The notes below the pieces were generated by a model, which made no database searches, had not been told where the DNA came from, and saw only the letters and a list, made by a program, of their open reading frames with translations. From Callorhinchus milii (Eukaryota), in assembly GCF_018977255.1 (NCBI RefSeq), contig NW_024704743.1, positions 58,158,001-58,222,000 of the forward strand: DNA of 64,000 bases, in the 5' to 3' direction. Shown here piece after piece: positions 1 through 13,654 of this stretch (position 1 is its first letter; every line of letters starts with the position of its first letter). The position numbers were made by a program, and so were the translations under genes.

Positions 1-240
1 TCTCTTCCAAATGTTGATCAACCTGTTATACAATTCCAGTACATTCCCTCTATTTATTTATGGTTTCTACCATCAGGGGGTTTGTGTTATATTACCATCC
101 ATTTCTCTATACCCAACTCTGAATATTCAGCTCTGAATACCCAGTATAAAGTACTATTCTTTCTGCAGTCCCTGCCCTACAGCCTCACTCAGAAAAGACA
201 AAAGGATGATTGATGGAAAAATGGAAAAGTCAAATTGATG

Positions 241-460
241 CAACAACAACAACAACAAGGTTCCATTTATAAAGCGCCTTTCACGTCAGGAGGACGTCCC
301 AAGGTGCTGCACAGTTGGGTCATGACCCGAGCAGGGGGGAAATGGTCAGGGTGAGGGAAGGGAGGGAGCGAGGAGGGGGGAAATGGTCAGGGTGAGGGGA
401 GGGAAGGGAGGGAGCGAGGAGGGGGAAGAGAGTCGAGAGGGGAGCTGAAGTCGAGAGGAG
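241..460 (-). mobile_element. L2 LINE family A, 3' end only
   Basis: Near-identical reverse complement of ~4100-4317, including the internal tandem duplication, GGGACGTCCTCCTGACGTGAAAGGCGCT hairpin and (TTG)n tail. Confidence 0.95.
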
Positions 461-784
461 AGGGGACCATGCAAGTTATGGTCAAGATTACCTGTATAGG
501 AACAGGGACAATTCATCCTGCACACAGATCTAATCTTATTGTGCTTACTGTTGATACTAAACTGGAGTCTTGTCTGCCTCCTCAGGTGGATATTTAAAAT
601 CCCATGACACTATTTGCTAACAGTCCCTCTGTATTTCTGTGTATAAATTGTGTGTTTCATTTGCCTACAAATACACAGTCGCTACACTTTACAGAAATCT
701 TTTAATAATAAATAATAACAATCCTTGCATTTGATATAGCTCTTTATCACATTGTCAAGATGGCTCAAAGTGCTTCACAGAATG

Positions 785-925
785 TACTTGCCAGGCTCCA
801 ATGGCTCCCAGTTTACTGAACAGATCGATTTTAAATTCCTCTCATTTGTTTTCAAATCCCTTCATGCCCTCGCACCTCCCTACCAATCCAATCTGTTCCA
901 CCATCGGTGGCCGTGCCTTCAGCCA
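785..925 (+). mobile_element. Decayed L2 ORF2 C-terminal fragment
   Basis: ggctccaatggctcccagt...gatcgattttaaattcct resembles the LHWLP..RIDFKIL region of the 2670-4317 copy. Confidence 0.7.
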
Positions 926-2669
926 GACTGACAATTGTAAAACCATTTGGAAGCAACCTGTTACCCACTGAAATGAAGACATTGCTATTACTGTTTAATT
1001 TTCTTGTTTGGGATTGATTGGGATTGAGAATACAAAGCAATAAAATAAACATAAGAAACACAAATGCATTTTAGTAAGCTTTCTCTGGGGATTAGATCCA
1101 AGGTTTTAGTGCATCTGAAAAGAAGGTTTTCTTCTCAATTGGAAATTTCATCTTTTTGGTTTGAAATTGGAAACAGTAAATGAATTATAAATCAGCTATG
1201 AATAACGTGAAATAAATTCTGTACTTCAGATGATATGTTAATCTCATCAAAAGGTAGCATTTGAGTTGAAGCAGCAAAGAAATGATAAGGAATGAAATTC
1301 CTCAGTACTTGTGTTTAAAATAAAGGAAACAATGTGGGTGGGCAAAACACCTGACTGTCTTGGAACAATCATTTGCAAAGTAGACAAGCATTTGTTCAGC
1401 AGTAGTTGTCTGCTACTGCTGAAAGATAAATATAACATTAAAGGATTTGGGTTCCGTACAACGCAAGCTAGAAGTCAGGATTGTGGCTGGTTTTATTTTG
1501 AGCCGCTGCAAAGCACTTCACTGCTGCGAAACACTCCTCATCTCATTGGGGATCATAGATTTGTTATTGCAATTTCTTTAATGAATTTGTTAGCAACTTT
1601 CAAGCACAAAACAGAAATCACAAATAGCACAGCAGCTTCCAGTTTGCAAATGATATATTTTAGACCTCACAGGATTCAAAATGTCCTAGTTTGAAACTCC
1701 CAGAAGTATCTGTCCATTTTCTCATAACATATGGAAAATATTGGTATAGAATCTGTGGTATTCCTTAACGTGTTCCTTAATTTACAAACATTCATCTAGT
1801 GTCCTGTCCAAGAAATCCCCAGATAAAAAATTGAGCCATTCAATTCAGGGCAGTATGTGGGATAATAGGCTGTCGTGTTTGCCTATAAAATAAACAGTCA
1901 CTACATTTTACAGTAAATTGTATGAAACCCTTTGATGCATTTCAACAATGTGAATTAATTGCCAGATTTGCCTACAAGTTTAAATCTTTAGACATGATAA
2001 ATTGCTTATATAAGTATAAATTGTATTCTAAATATGCATGTCTGACAATTCTAGTGATGATATCCTCATGATTCTAGCAGAGGACATCATACCTGTTAGG
2101 AAATAAATCTCATACATGGTAATAATTGCATTCATGTTCACTTATTCACTTCACAAGAAATCATTTGCAAATAAATAAAATGCTAACAGAATCAATTACT
2201 GGACTCCAATCAATAACGCAAAGAAACATCAGGCTTAGATTGCACTTTTCTGTCAAGTGATAATTATCACTGCTAATAATTATTACCGGTAATATTACGT
2301 GTTTCACCCCACTCTTTATATATGTATATTCTAAAGTTTTCTCCTTGGGGCACTATTTAATTATTCCAAATAATTTCTCCCCATACCAGGTCTGGTTCAG
2401 CAGTTTGATCACCAGAGAACATGCTTACGAGGGAAAGTTACACTGAATTCATCCAAAGCTTTAATCTTACCAATGGTATAAAGCACAGCATAAGTGAGAT
2501 TTGGTATCACTGTCTTACAATTTACTTGCAGAAGCGATAGCAACCTCCGATTTATAGACTATGCTGGGATAAGAGTTTATTCATGCACTAAAGATGCCAT
2601 CTTCCAACAGTGATGCTTATTCACATGAGATAACAGCAATGCCAGATTAACAAATCATAAAGACTAGAC

Positions 2670-4110
2670 ATCACTGACATCATAAACCTGTCCCTCTCCT
2701 CTGGCTCTGTCCCCATTCCATTAAAAACTGCCATCATCACGCCCACCCTGAAAAAACCCTCCCTTGATGCGTCGCAGCTATCAAGCTACCGGCCCATCTC
2801 CAACCTCCCCTTTCTCTCCAAGGTCTTGGAAAGAGTTGTCGCCTCCCAACTGCGCTCTTTCCTCTCCACCCATTCTCTTTTCGAACCCCTTCAGTCAGGT
2901 TTCCGTGCTGCTCATAGCACAGAAACTGCCCTGGTCAAGGTCACCAATGATATCCTGACCATCTGTGACCAGGGCTCCCTCTGTCTCCTCGTCCTCCTCG
3001 ACCTATCGGCAGCATTCGATACGGTCGACCACGCTATCCTACTCCACCGCTTGTCCTCCCACCTCAACCTTCAAGGCACTGTCCTTGAATGGTTTAGCTC
3101 TTACCTTTCCCACCGTCTTCACTTCGTCTCAACGAATGGCTTCTCCTCCACCCCCCGTACTGTCTCATGTGGTGTCCCTCAGGGCTCTGTCCTCGGTCCC
3201 CTCCTCTTCACCCTCTATATGCTCCCCCTTGGTGACATCATCCGCAAACATGGGGTTAACTTCCACATGTATGCGGATGACACCCAACTCTACCTTTCCT
3301 CCTCTACTCTCAACTCCACGACCACCGATGTCCTGACAGCCTGCCTGTCCGACATCGAGTCCTGGACGAGAGACAACTTTCTTCAGCTCAACGTGCGAAA
3401 AACCGAGGCCCTCCTGATTGGCTCACGTCAGCGCCTCCGCACCTCAGGCGCTGACACCATCAGCATCCAAGGCTGCACTCTCCACCTCTCAAAGCCAGTC
3501 AGGAACCTCGGCGTTTTGTTCGACCCTGAGCTGTCCTTTCTCCCTCACATCCGCACCACAACTGGCACCGCCTTCCATCACCTCCGGAATATCGCCAGAT
3601 TACGGCACTACCTCACCCCTCACGCCGCTGAAACCCTGGTTCACGCCTTTGTCACCTCAAGGCTGGACTATGGGAACTCTCTCCTCGCCGGCCTTCCCGC
3701 CACCTCCCTCCACAAGCTGCAGGTCATTCAGAACTCTGCAGCTCGTGTACTGTCCCGCACCAGGCTTCGGGACCACATCACTCCCACCCTCGCTCGCCTC
3801 CACTGGCTCCCCATCCCCCAGAGGATTGATTTCAAGATCCTCATCCTCACCTACAAGGCCATTCACGGCCTTGCTCCCTCCTACCTCTCCAACCTACTAT
3901 CCCCCTACCTACCTGCCCGTACCCTCCGTTCCTCTGGCTCCGGTCTGCTCCACGTCCCCCGCCCCAACCGCCCTACTATCGGTGGTCGGGCCTTCAGCCT
4001 CTCAGCCCCAGGCTCTGGAACTCCATCCCCCAGTGCCTTCGCCTTGCTTCCTCCCTTTCCTCCTTCAAGGCCGGTCTCAAAACCTTTCTCTTTGACCGTG
4101 CCTTCAGCTC
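2670..4110 (+). pseudogene. L2 ORF2 reverse transcriptase domain, 5'-truncated, one frameshift near 4008
   Basis: Open frame from [11 protein letters not shown].. through AFSLSAP; the next frame resumes [32 protein letters not shown]. Confidence 0.9.
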
Positions 4111-4317
4111 CCCTCTCGACTCTCTTCCCCCTCCTCGCTCCCTCCCTTCCCTCCCCTCACCCTGACCATTTCCCCCCTCCTCGCTCCCTCCCTTCCCTCC
4201 CCTCACCCTGACCATTTCCCCCCTGCTCGGGTCATGACCCAACTGTGCAGCGCCTTGGGACGTCCTCCTGACGTGAAAGGCGCTCTATAAATGGAATCTT
4301 GTTGTTGTTGTTGTTGT
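2670..4317 (+). mobile_element. Young 5'-truncated L2 LINE (family A)
   Basis: RT motifs [50 protein letters not shown]2-type C-terminus LHWLP..RIDFK; 3' hairpin and (TTG)n tail; no clear TSD. Confidence 0.97.
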
Positions 4318-4894
4318 AGTTATTTCAAATTAGGAAATCAAGCAGATTGAAGAAAAGCAATCCAGTAATTATAATAACTGTTAATTTGGTTTAATAACAA
4401 ACAAAGCTATTGATAGTCAAATGATAAGAAACAGGAATTTATCCCACTTTGCACATTTTCCAATTCCTTTCTCACCCATTTACTACTACACAGTGCACTG
4501 CCTATATTCAGTTCCGGTCCTCGAGAGTAAATTACCCAAATAGGGTGAAAACAGATAGAAGGTAAACTTTTTTTCAAAGGCAAGGTTTGTGATCAACTTT
4601 GTTCATTTGTTGTGACTGGAACACAATATACTAATGTTATGTGACTCATATTAATGGAGCTTTCAGCAAAGTACAGATCTTTTGCCATTTTAATACGCAA
4701 ACATTTGTTTCCCATCCTTATCTTTTCCCTTGTACCTTATGGAATGAGAACTGCTATCTGGAATAAAGGTTAGAAAATAAAATAATAATAATCCTTGATA
4801 TAGGACGCCCCAAAGCGTCTCACAGGATTTACTGTGAAGTGGAGTAACTGGATATTTGTAGACAAACCCAGCAGTCCAATTGCACACAGCAATG

Positions 4895-5030
4895 TCATAG
4901 AATCATAGAATTATAATAGTTTCTCCTTGTTCACCCTATTGAATCCCCTCATAATTTTGAAAACTTCTATTAAGTCTCCTCTTAACTTCCTTTGCTCCAA
5001 GGAGAATAATCCTAACTTCTCTAGACTCTC
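4895..5030 (-). mobile_element. CR1 LINE 3' fragment
   Basis: catagaatcatagaa tail repeat and ccctcataattttgaaaacttctattaagtctcctcttaac typical of the antisense CR1 ORF2 end. Confidence 0.7.
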
Positions 5031-5039
5031 TTGATAATG

Positions 5040-5250
5040 GAAGAAACTGCCTCTCTTTTCGAGGAGTACCATAGGATTTTAATATCCAAATGAACAGGCA
5101 GACGGTATGGCACATCTGATAATGAAACATACATCACAGTACTGTATTGGAATGTCAATTTTAGACTATATGAGTTCAATTCCCAATGTGAGACTTTAAC
5201 CAACAACCTACTGACTCAAAGGCGCGAGTGTTGTTAACTGAGCCAAACTG
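5040..5250 (-). mobile_element. Old DeuSINE fragment
   Basis: Similar to 38690-39103 in the body and tRNA-derived head. Confidence 0.6.
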
Positions 5251-7944
5251 ACACATATGCTGTCATCTATCGTGGCTCTCCCTAGTGACAATATTTCAAG
5301 TGAAAAAATGTTCACATTACTAAGTTTAGCAACATTAATGTGACTATCGTGTGGTCCTCTGCCACATTTTTTCTTTATAAGCTTGTAGTAAGAAATCACA
5401 CCTGGATGATTTATATCGAATCTATTACCCTAACATCCGGAGTATCCAGAGTTTGGCAAATTCTTAAACACAGCCTTAAATTTGAAGCCAGGTTCCAGTA
5501 CTGTTAATAATAATACTTGTGTTTGATATAGCACCTCATCACATCTTCAAGACATCTCAAAGCACTTCACAGAATATACTGAAAGTTCTTTTAAAGTCTG
5601 CAGAAACCCAACTTCAACCTTAAGACTGAATCCAACAGTTTGCCAAATCTAGACCAAAGTGCAATTTCTCCCTATTACTGTTTTACATTATTTTATAATT
5701 TTTCTGATTACCCTGCAGTACAAATGATCATTGTTCACATGTAAATCTTGGCAGAGAGTGTCAACAGGTCACTTGACAATGCAGAAGGCAATGCAGAGGA
5801 GCCTAACTTGCCACACAAAAATGGAAGATGCTGTAGAGGGACAAGGGACAAGAATCCTAGTTGCTTTTTCTCTCCATAAAGTGGCCAATTTAACCTTCTC
5901 TACAGCCTTGTCAGGATTCAAATTAGTGAACTCCTGGTCTGTAAGCTGCATCCCCTTCCCCTGCACCACTGGGGGTGCTCCACTCTGCCACTCTTAATAC
6001 ACATCATCAATGTCACTAAACCTAGCAACATGAGACATTTTTTTTTACTCCTTGCATAATCCATGCATTTGATATTGCACATATAATGTCAAAACATTTC
6101 AAAGCACATCACTGGCAATTTCTGTTGATTATTACAACTCTGGATTTTTATATACAATATCCTTGATCTTTGAACTAAATACCAGTTCCAATTGAGCTGA
6201 CTTATTATTTCTGTCTTCAGGTCTAATATCCCAAATGGTCAAATAATCATGCAGAAACAATCCAACTAACACTAATGCGGGTTTATTTATTTTGTCTCAG
6301 TTTCAGATATGCAAAGGAAGCAGGACACAAGGGCATAATTTCAGTGTTATGAAGGATGCCAGCCTTGAAGACAGACTGCTAGGAGGTTCTAATAATAATA
6401 ATCCTTGCATTTGATATAACGCCTTTCATGTCATCTCAAAGCACTTCACAGGATTAATTTTAGAGGGCTGTAGGCAAATGTGGCAGCCAATTTGCATACA
6501 GTAATGTCCAACAGCAGCCATGAAGCCATGAAGCGAACAACCAATTTTATCAGGTTTGGGGGCAGGTGACCAGGGGAATTGAGCCAGGCTACTGCACCAA
6601 TTGAACTTAGCTGAAGCAAACCTACTAAGCCAGGTTGACATCATAGTTGTTGCAATAGTTCAGTAATTCTGACCTGATCAGACTAACATATTGACATTTC
6701 CTGCCTTGCCAAAAGCAGATTATTCAGATGTGGAACATATTATTATCATAGTCTATTGAAACTGATCGCAATCTGATTTATTGTGAAACTTCAATTCATC
6801 CGATTCTTCATTGAAAGGATGATGGAACCCAGCACAGGCACAATTCATTGCTGCTGTGTTCTTGCTGCACTTCACAAAGAGCTTGTTCCATTAATATCAT
6901 CTCTAAGTAGGATTAGTTAGCAGTCACAGATCTGTAGATTACTTACATATGCAGAAACGGCAAGGTAGTTAATTTAACTGAATCATTCAAACCCCCCACA
7001 TCCTCCAATTAATGGTGGCCTACTGATGGATTCATGAACCCTGTTTTTTTCTTAGCAACTGCAAGTGTCAGGAACTTCCAATAACAACAACTTGCATTCA
7101 TTTATATAGTGCTCATCACACGGGGTGGCAACCTTTGTTCCCAACATGTAAGCATGCAGAACTGCAATATGCACTGTCCTTCTGATGTTGCTGAGACCAG
7201 TTCTGAAATCCAGACACTGTTCTCTCCCATAGCAATGAAACATTGCTGTTAAGTTTGTTTTAAAAGAGTCAGGTCTGCTTAATGAACCTGTTTAATTAAA
7301 TAATGTCACTTCAGTAAAGCTTTGACCCAAACAGAATATTTAAAGCCTCTAAATAATTGTCTTCTTGTGTTTTGCTTGGCACAAACAACTTTTTAATGTG
7401 CAAGCAAGTACGTATTAAAACAGTCGTGAATGTTCTTCCATTATTGCATGTTGGACATTTTTGGATGTGTTTTGATCATATTTTTCAGAATCCTGTCTTT
7501 TCTTGGCATTTTTCCTCCTTCTGCCATGCAGTTGCGAACAGATTAATTCATGCTTGTTAGTTAATGCAGTTAGTTGTAAAATCCTCTCATAAGATCAGAA
7601 AAAAGGGGATTAGGATTAAACTCAAATCATAGGTTCTTTGTTGGAATCTGTTTGTATTTGGCAACAGGAAAGGCACTTTAATATAACGCCTAAAGCAGCC
7701 AAATAATATTTTCATTTTTTTCTTGTATCTTGTATATAATATAAGTCATCTGTACACCAAACCCATGAGCTAAAAGGACAAAAACAAAGAAGCCTCAATA
7801 TTAACCTCTTGTTGGGAGGAAAAAAGGTAACAAGTAGATTGTGCTGGGGCCTTTGATTTGTTAGGTTAATTCCTATTGGCAACCTAGTAAGGATATTTTA
7901 TTTATACCATTCACAAAGTACAATATTACTTTAAATCAGCTATT

Positions 7945-9997
7945 TGATCTCCCCCTCTGGGCTTCCTTCCACAATGATCTATTCCTTGGTCATTCTTCTC
8001 CACAACTCCCCCTGCACCACGCTCGATGCCCTTGCTTCCCTCACTTCCTGAACCATCTCCTATTCACGAAAGTCACCCTGGTACACCAGCCACCTCCGCT
8101 CCCTTCAGGCATAGGTACATGCCACTGAATGCCCCTGGCTTAAATCCAATTTAACGATCCATTGGCAAATCTTACTGCTCCACCCTCGCCTCTGCTAAAT
8201 CGTCGTACGACTCCAAGACAATCTTGGAGGCCAAGGACAACCCTAGGCTCCTCTTCTCCATCACCAACTGGCTCCTCCACCCACCCTCTCATGCCTCGCG
8301 CATCATCTCCTCCAACGCCAACTGCTAGGTGTTACTGGACATCCTCAAAACCAAAGTCAAGGGGATCCGCTCAGCTGCCTCTGCCCTTCCAGCTACTAAC
8401 CCCTTTCCCATCTCCCCCTCACATCCCAGCCCCTACCCATCCCCCCTTCCACCCTTTCGAACCTGTATCCAACTACTCTCTCACCACCACTATAATCCAC
8501 ATGAAACCAACCATCTGCTCCCTCGACATCATCGCTACCTCTCTCCTTACCTCCCAGCTCTACCTCCTTGCCCCTCTACTCACAGACATTATAAACCTCT
8601 CCCTGTCCACTGGCACTGCTCCCACTCCTTTAGAAATGGCTATCGTCACCTCTATCCTTAGAAAATCTCTATCCTTGGGTCCCTCCCTGGACCCATGTCT
8701 GCTCTCACCCCATCACCAATCTCCCTTTCCTTTCCAAGATCCTGGAATGAGTCATTGCTTCCCAGGTTCACTCCTTCCTCTCCCACCAATCCCTTCACGA
8801 ACCTTTCCAATTGGGCTTCTGTGCCACCCACAGTATGGAAACAGCTTTGTTCAAAGTGACAAATTACATTTTGTCCATCTGCGACAGGGCTCCCTCTGCC
8901 TCCTCGTCCTACTTGACCTCTCTACTGCGTTCAATACCATTGACCATTCTATCCTCCTCCACCACATCTTGTCTCATGTCAACCTTCATGGTTCTGTCCT
9001 TGAATGGTTCAGATCCTACCTCTCACACCATCTCCACTTCATCTACACAAACGGTTTCTCCTCTAGCCCCCGCAACATCTTGTGCGGCGTTCTTCAGGGC
9101 TTTGTCCTTGGTCCCCTCCTCTTCAATATCTACATGCTCCCTCTTGGTGAGATCATCCCCAGACACGGGGTCAACTTCCACCTGTATGTGGATGATACCC
9201 AACTCTAACAACAACAACAACTTGGATTTATATAGCGCCCTCCATGCCGGACGGCGTCTCAGCGCGCTTATGCCTCCAACTCCAATTATATCTCTATACC
9301 TTCACCCTCGACTCCAAGGACCACCTGTCCTGACAGAATATCTGTCAGACATCAAGTCCTGGATGAGAGCTAACTTTCTTCAATTGAACGTCAACAAGAC
9401 TGAAGCCCTCCTGATTGGCTCCCGTCAGCACCTCCACAACTCAGATGCTGACAGCATCACCATCCAAGTATGTACACTCCACCTCACTGAGCCAATCTGG
9501 AACCTTGGCATCTTGTTTGACCCTCAACTATCCTTTCTACCCCACATCCATGGGATGACCCGCCCTGCCTTCCCCCACCTCGGCAACATCACCCGGCTCC
9601 GCCACTGGTCTTCACCTTCAAAGCCCTCCATGGCTTTGCACCCCTCTATCTCTTTGACCTCCTAACTTCCTACCAGCCTGCCTGGTCCCTCTGCTCATCT
9701 GTCTCTGGCCTACTTCACATCCCCTGCCTTGCTCACCCCACTATTGGCTGGCAGTCCTTCAGTCAGTCTGCCCCCACCCTCTGGAACACCTTCCTGCACT
9801 CCCTCTGCCTCGCCTCCTCCGTGTCTCCTTCCCTCCTCTTTGACCAAGTCTTTAATCACCCTCCTTCACCCCCGCGACTTCCACCCTCCTCAATCCTGAC
9901 CCCCAGCTCGGGTCTGAAACACCTTGTTTGTCCAGCAACTTGGGACGTCCTCCTGACGTGAAAAGTGCTATACAAATGTAATTTTGTTGTTGTTGTT
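7945..9997 (+). mobile_element. Decayed L2 LINE (linker, RT, tail), multiple frameshifts
   Basis: [38 protein letters not shown] motifs in shifting frames; family-A hairpin and (TTG)n tail. Confidence 0.93.
9207..9269 (-). mobile_element. Tail-only L2 family B insertion nested in L2
   Basis: Reverse complement matches the 36800-36862 tail (ggagggcgctatataaatccaagttgttg) and interrupts DDTQL|YL. Confidence 0.85.
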
Positions 9998-11625
9998 ATC
10001 TAAACATTTATTTTATTTCATTAATTGCTGGGGACTTGGGTGTGAAATGTGTGCTTTCCAATGGGATTCCTTAATACAGGATCGAGCAATGCAAATGGGA
10101 AGATCTTCCAATATCTAGAAGTAGGTTATGCCAACCCATGGGAACCTCAATGCTATCTTCTTCTGGATCGGTCTTCCTGTGGGTCAGTGGGAAGGGGAAT
10201 TCCATTAGAAATCACTGCATAATAAAGAGGTTAGAGTGCTACCCACTGAGCTAGGCTGATAGAAACCAATTTGCAGGGTTGTTTTTAAAACTATTCCTTG
10301 TGATAATTAATAAAAGGGATGGGATAAGTAACATCTGATATTTTACCACTTTATTTCTAGGTTTTATGTTATATATCCTTCTTAGAATAGTTGCCTTTCT
10401 TGACCTCATGTTTCAAGGGTTCCAAAAACACAACCTCACATTCCATGCATCATAACTCTCTTCGTATGTCCACAAATATATTGGGGAAAATATTACTTGT
10501 AAACTGAAGCCCTTTTTTTTGATTGCTCTACTAATGTCTTTAGTCTTTCAGTGAAAGTTAAACAAAACAGTTGCAGCTTCATAATCCATTTGATTCAGCA
10601 CTTTAAGAACCTCAATGGTTTCTTTAATGAAAACAAATTACATTTTCTGAGTTTTTCTTCATAATTTGGAGCATTAAGCCCTGGAATTATCCTTGCCTCT
10701 CTTGTCTGAACACTTGCCAATAAATCAATGTCCTTTTGAAGTTAGTTATTCAAAACCACACAATGAGGTTTAAAATATGGTAATTGCCAAACCGGAATTG
10801 TTGAGTTACTTGTAACTTCTGGGATTGGAAATTGGTTTGCCAGATTTGTGTAAAATACACGAATGGCGAATAACAAATCCCCAAAGCAGCAATGTTGAAA
10901 AAAAAAACATTTTTCAAATAAATCAAACTGATATTCAGAAATCAGTTTAAATAACAAATGTGATTTGCAAATACATAATGACAACAAGGAGTGAGGGGGC
11001 AAGGCAGAGGGATTGAAGGAGAGTGTTTCAGAGTTTCAGGAGGTAATGGCTGAATGCGCGACCTCCAGTGGTGGAGCGGAGGGCGTGAGGGACAAGCAAG
11101 AGGCTGGTGGCAATCAAGCAGAAGTGCTTGGTGGTGGATTGGGGAGTGAAGAGGTCGGAGAGTTAGGGAGGTGCCAGGGAATGAAGGGATTTGAAAACGA
11201 GTGTGAGGATCTTGAAGTCAATATATCATGAAATATCATGATTTAGACCCAAATATTCAAAATGTGTCCTCACCGATGTCAAGCATAAGGCAAGTATAAC
11301 CTATTGTAATTGATAAACAAATGGCCTAAAGCATCAAATCATGGGTTGTGCTAATAATCCATTTGGTAAATTAACTGAATTAGACTTTGAGACTTCTGTG
11401 AGTCTCAATGCTATGTTCCACCTGTGTTTTCAGTCACTACATCCTAAACCTCTGGAACTCTTCATCAATAACTCCACCTTGGCACTTCTTTGTCCATCTT
11501 CAAATTACACCTGAAGACTTTCCTCTTTGCTCAATACTATGGTTACCCTTTCTTCCTGGGTCACCGTCAAACTATGCCATTAATGAGCCCTCCAAAACTC
11601 TACCCCACATGAAGTACTCTAAATA

Positions 11626-12716
11626 AACAACAACAAGATTACATTTGTACAGCGCCTTTCACGACAGGAGGACGTCCCAAGGCACTGGACAGAGTACAGC
11701 ATTTTAGACCTGAGCTGGGGTCAGGAGGGCAGAAGGGAGGGGAGGGGAAGGGGGGTGGCCGATGGCATGGTCAAAGAGCAGGGTTTTGAGGTGGGACTTG
11801 AAGGAGGCTAAGGAGGGAGCGAGGTGGAATGATTGGGGGATGGAATTACAGAGGTTGAGGGCAGAGTGGCTGAAGGCTCTCTGGTGGGGCGGGTGGGTCG
11901 GGGGACGTGGAGCAGGCCAGAGCCGACTGAGTTGGTAGGGGGTTAGGAGGTCACAGAGGTAGGGTGGGGTGAGGCCATGGAGGGCTTTGTATGTGAGGAC
12001 CAGGATCTTGAACTGGATCCTCTGAAGGATAGAGAGCCAATGGAGTCGGGCGAGAGTGGGGGAGAAGGGGTCACGGAGTTTGGTGCGGGAGAGGACACGG
12101 GCTGCAGAGTTCTGGATTATCTGCAGTCTGTGGAGGGAGGAGTTGGGAAGGCCGACAAGCAGGGCATTTGCATAGTCGAGCCTGAAGGTGATGAAGGCAT
12201 GAACAAGAGTTTCAGTGGCCTGAGGGGTGAGGTAGTGGCAGAGTCGGGTGATGTTACGGAGGTGAGGGAAGGCAGAGCAGGTCATGGCTTGGATGTGGGG
12301 GAGAAAAGACAGTTGAGGGTCGAACAAGACACCCAGGTTCCTGACTGGCTGATGAGTTGGTGAGTTGAAGTGTGCAACCATGGAGGTTGATGCTGCCATA
12401 GCCTGAGGTGCTGAGGCGCCGGCTCGAGCCAATCAGGAGGGCCTCAGTCTTGTTCACATTCAACTGTAGGAAATTTGCCCTCATCCAGGACTTGATGTCC
12501 GACAGGAAGTCTGTCAGGACAGCAGTGGTCCTGGAGTTGAGGGTGGAGGCAGAAAGATAGAGTTGGGTGTCATCTGCATACATGTGGCAGTTGAACCCAT
12601 GTCTGCGGATGATGTCACCAAGGGGGAGCTCTGTGAAGATTGAGTAAAGCGGAGAGGCGTGTATGAGGATGGAGTGGTCTACAGTTTCGAAGGTGGCAGA
12701 GAGGTCGAGGAGGATA
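11626..12716 (-). mobile_element. 5'-truncated L2 with internal deletion
   Basis: Minus-strand ORFs with [34 protein letters not shown]; tail at 11626-11690. Confidence 0.93.
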
Positions 12717-12721
12717 CTGTT

Positions 12722-13097
12722 GAGCACTGTAGCTCAGTGGTTAAAGCACTCACCTCGCAAGCAAGAGACCTTGATTCAATTCCTGGCAGGGCAAAATGTT
12801 GGGAAAGTTTCCGTACTCCACACGCCTCTGTTTACCTAGCAGTAAGTAGAAACCCAGTTGTTAGTCAATCGGCAGATCGTTTTTCCAGGGGTAATAATTC
12901 CTTCAAAAAAAAGTTATAAATTGGTCACTCAATCTATGACTGTTTGTGGACACTGCTGTGTGCAAATGGCTGCTGCGTTTCGCCCATAAAATAAACAGTC
13001 AATTCATTTTACAATATATTCTGTGAAGCGCTTTGAGATGTCTCAAAGACATGGTAAAGCTCTTTATCAAATTCAAGGATGATTATTATTATTATTA
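12722..13097 (+). mobile_element. tRNA-derived Deu-domain SINE, long form
   Basis: A box TAGCTCAGTGG, B-box-like GATTCAATTCC, Deu-like core tgctgtgtgcaaatggctgctgcgtttc, L2-like tail, (TTA)n. Confidence 0.9.
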
Positions 13098-13184
13098 GTT
13101 TTGTTGTTGTTGACCTAAACATGGAATCGTCCTGAATGACAAGTTACTGAACTGTGCTTTTGTGCTAATTTTAAATCAATTCCT

Positions 13185-13475
13185 TGATTAGGACTCTTCT
13201 GCTTGCCCTCTCTGCTTGGCTAACTTGGGCCTTACGCGCATCCACCGCCACCTCCCCTCAACTTAGGTGGCCAAGCCTTCAGCATCTACTCCCCTCCACC
13301 CTCCGGAACTTCCTCTCTCCCTCTACCTTTGTGTCTTGCCCCTTCTCTGTTTGATGTTAAATCCGACCTGTTAGACCACGCTGACAGACATTTCCCCTCC
13401 TCCCTTGCTCAGCATCCAACACAGTCTCTGTTATCCTAGGTGAGGGCTGCTATATAAATGCAAGATGTTTTCTTT
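13185..13475 (+). mobile_element. Old L2 3' fragment
   Basis: ggtggccaagccttcagc...ctccggaactt and gctatataaatgcaag tail. Confidence 0.65.
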
Positions 13476-13654
13476 GCTGCAGATTGCCAAAATTAAAACT
13501 AATGCCTTTTCCAACTTTTAGCAATGTTACCAGCTGGATCTACTTGCCTAAAAGGATGGTGAACTTCCTGATAATTACAAAATCACGACAAAAGGTTAAA
13601 ATAAAATTTTAATTGTTTTAACATTTCTGGTGTGAGTCACAGAATTAAAAGTCC

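Noticed and set aside
1311..1694. 127-aa ORF
   Set aside because: GTG start, no recognisable domain or splice structure; consistent with chance
2390..2613. Acceptor-like sites followed by protein-looking peptides (SDSNLRFIDYAGIRVYSCTKDAIFQQ)
   Set aside because: Short frames, the implied intron is only ~38 nt, and no homology recognised
2965..4242. Ser/Pro-rich and antisense ORFs overlapping L2
   Set aside because: Alternative-frame shadows of C-rich L2 sequence
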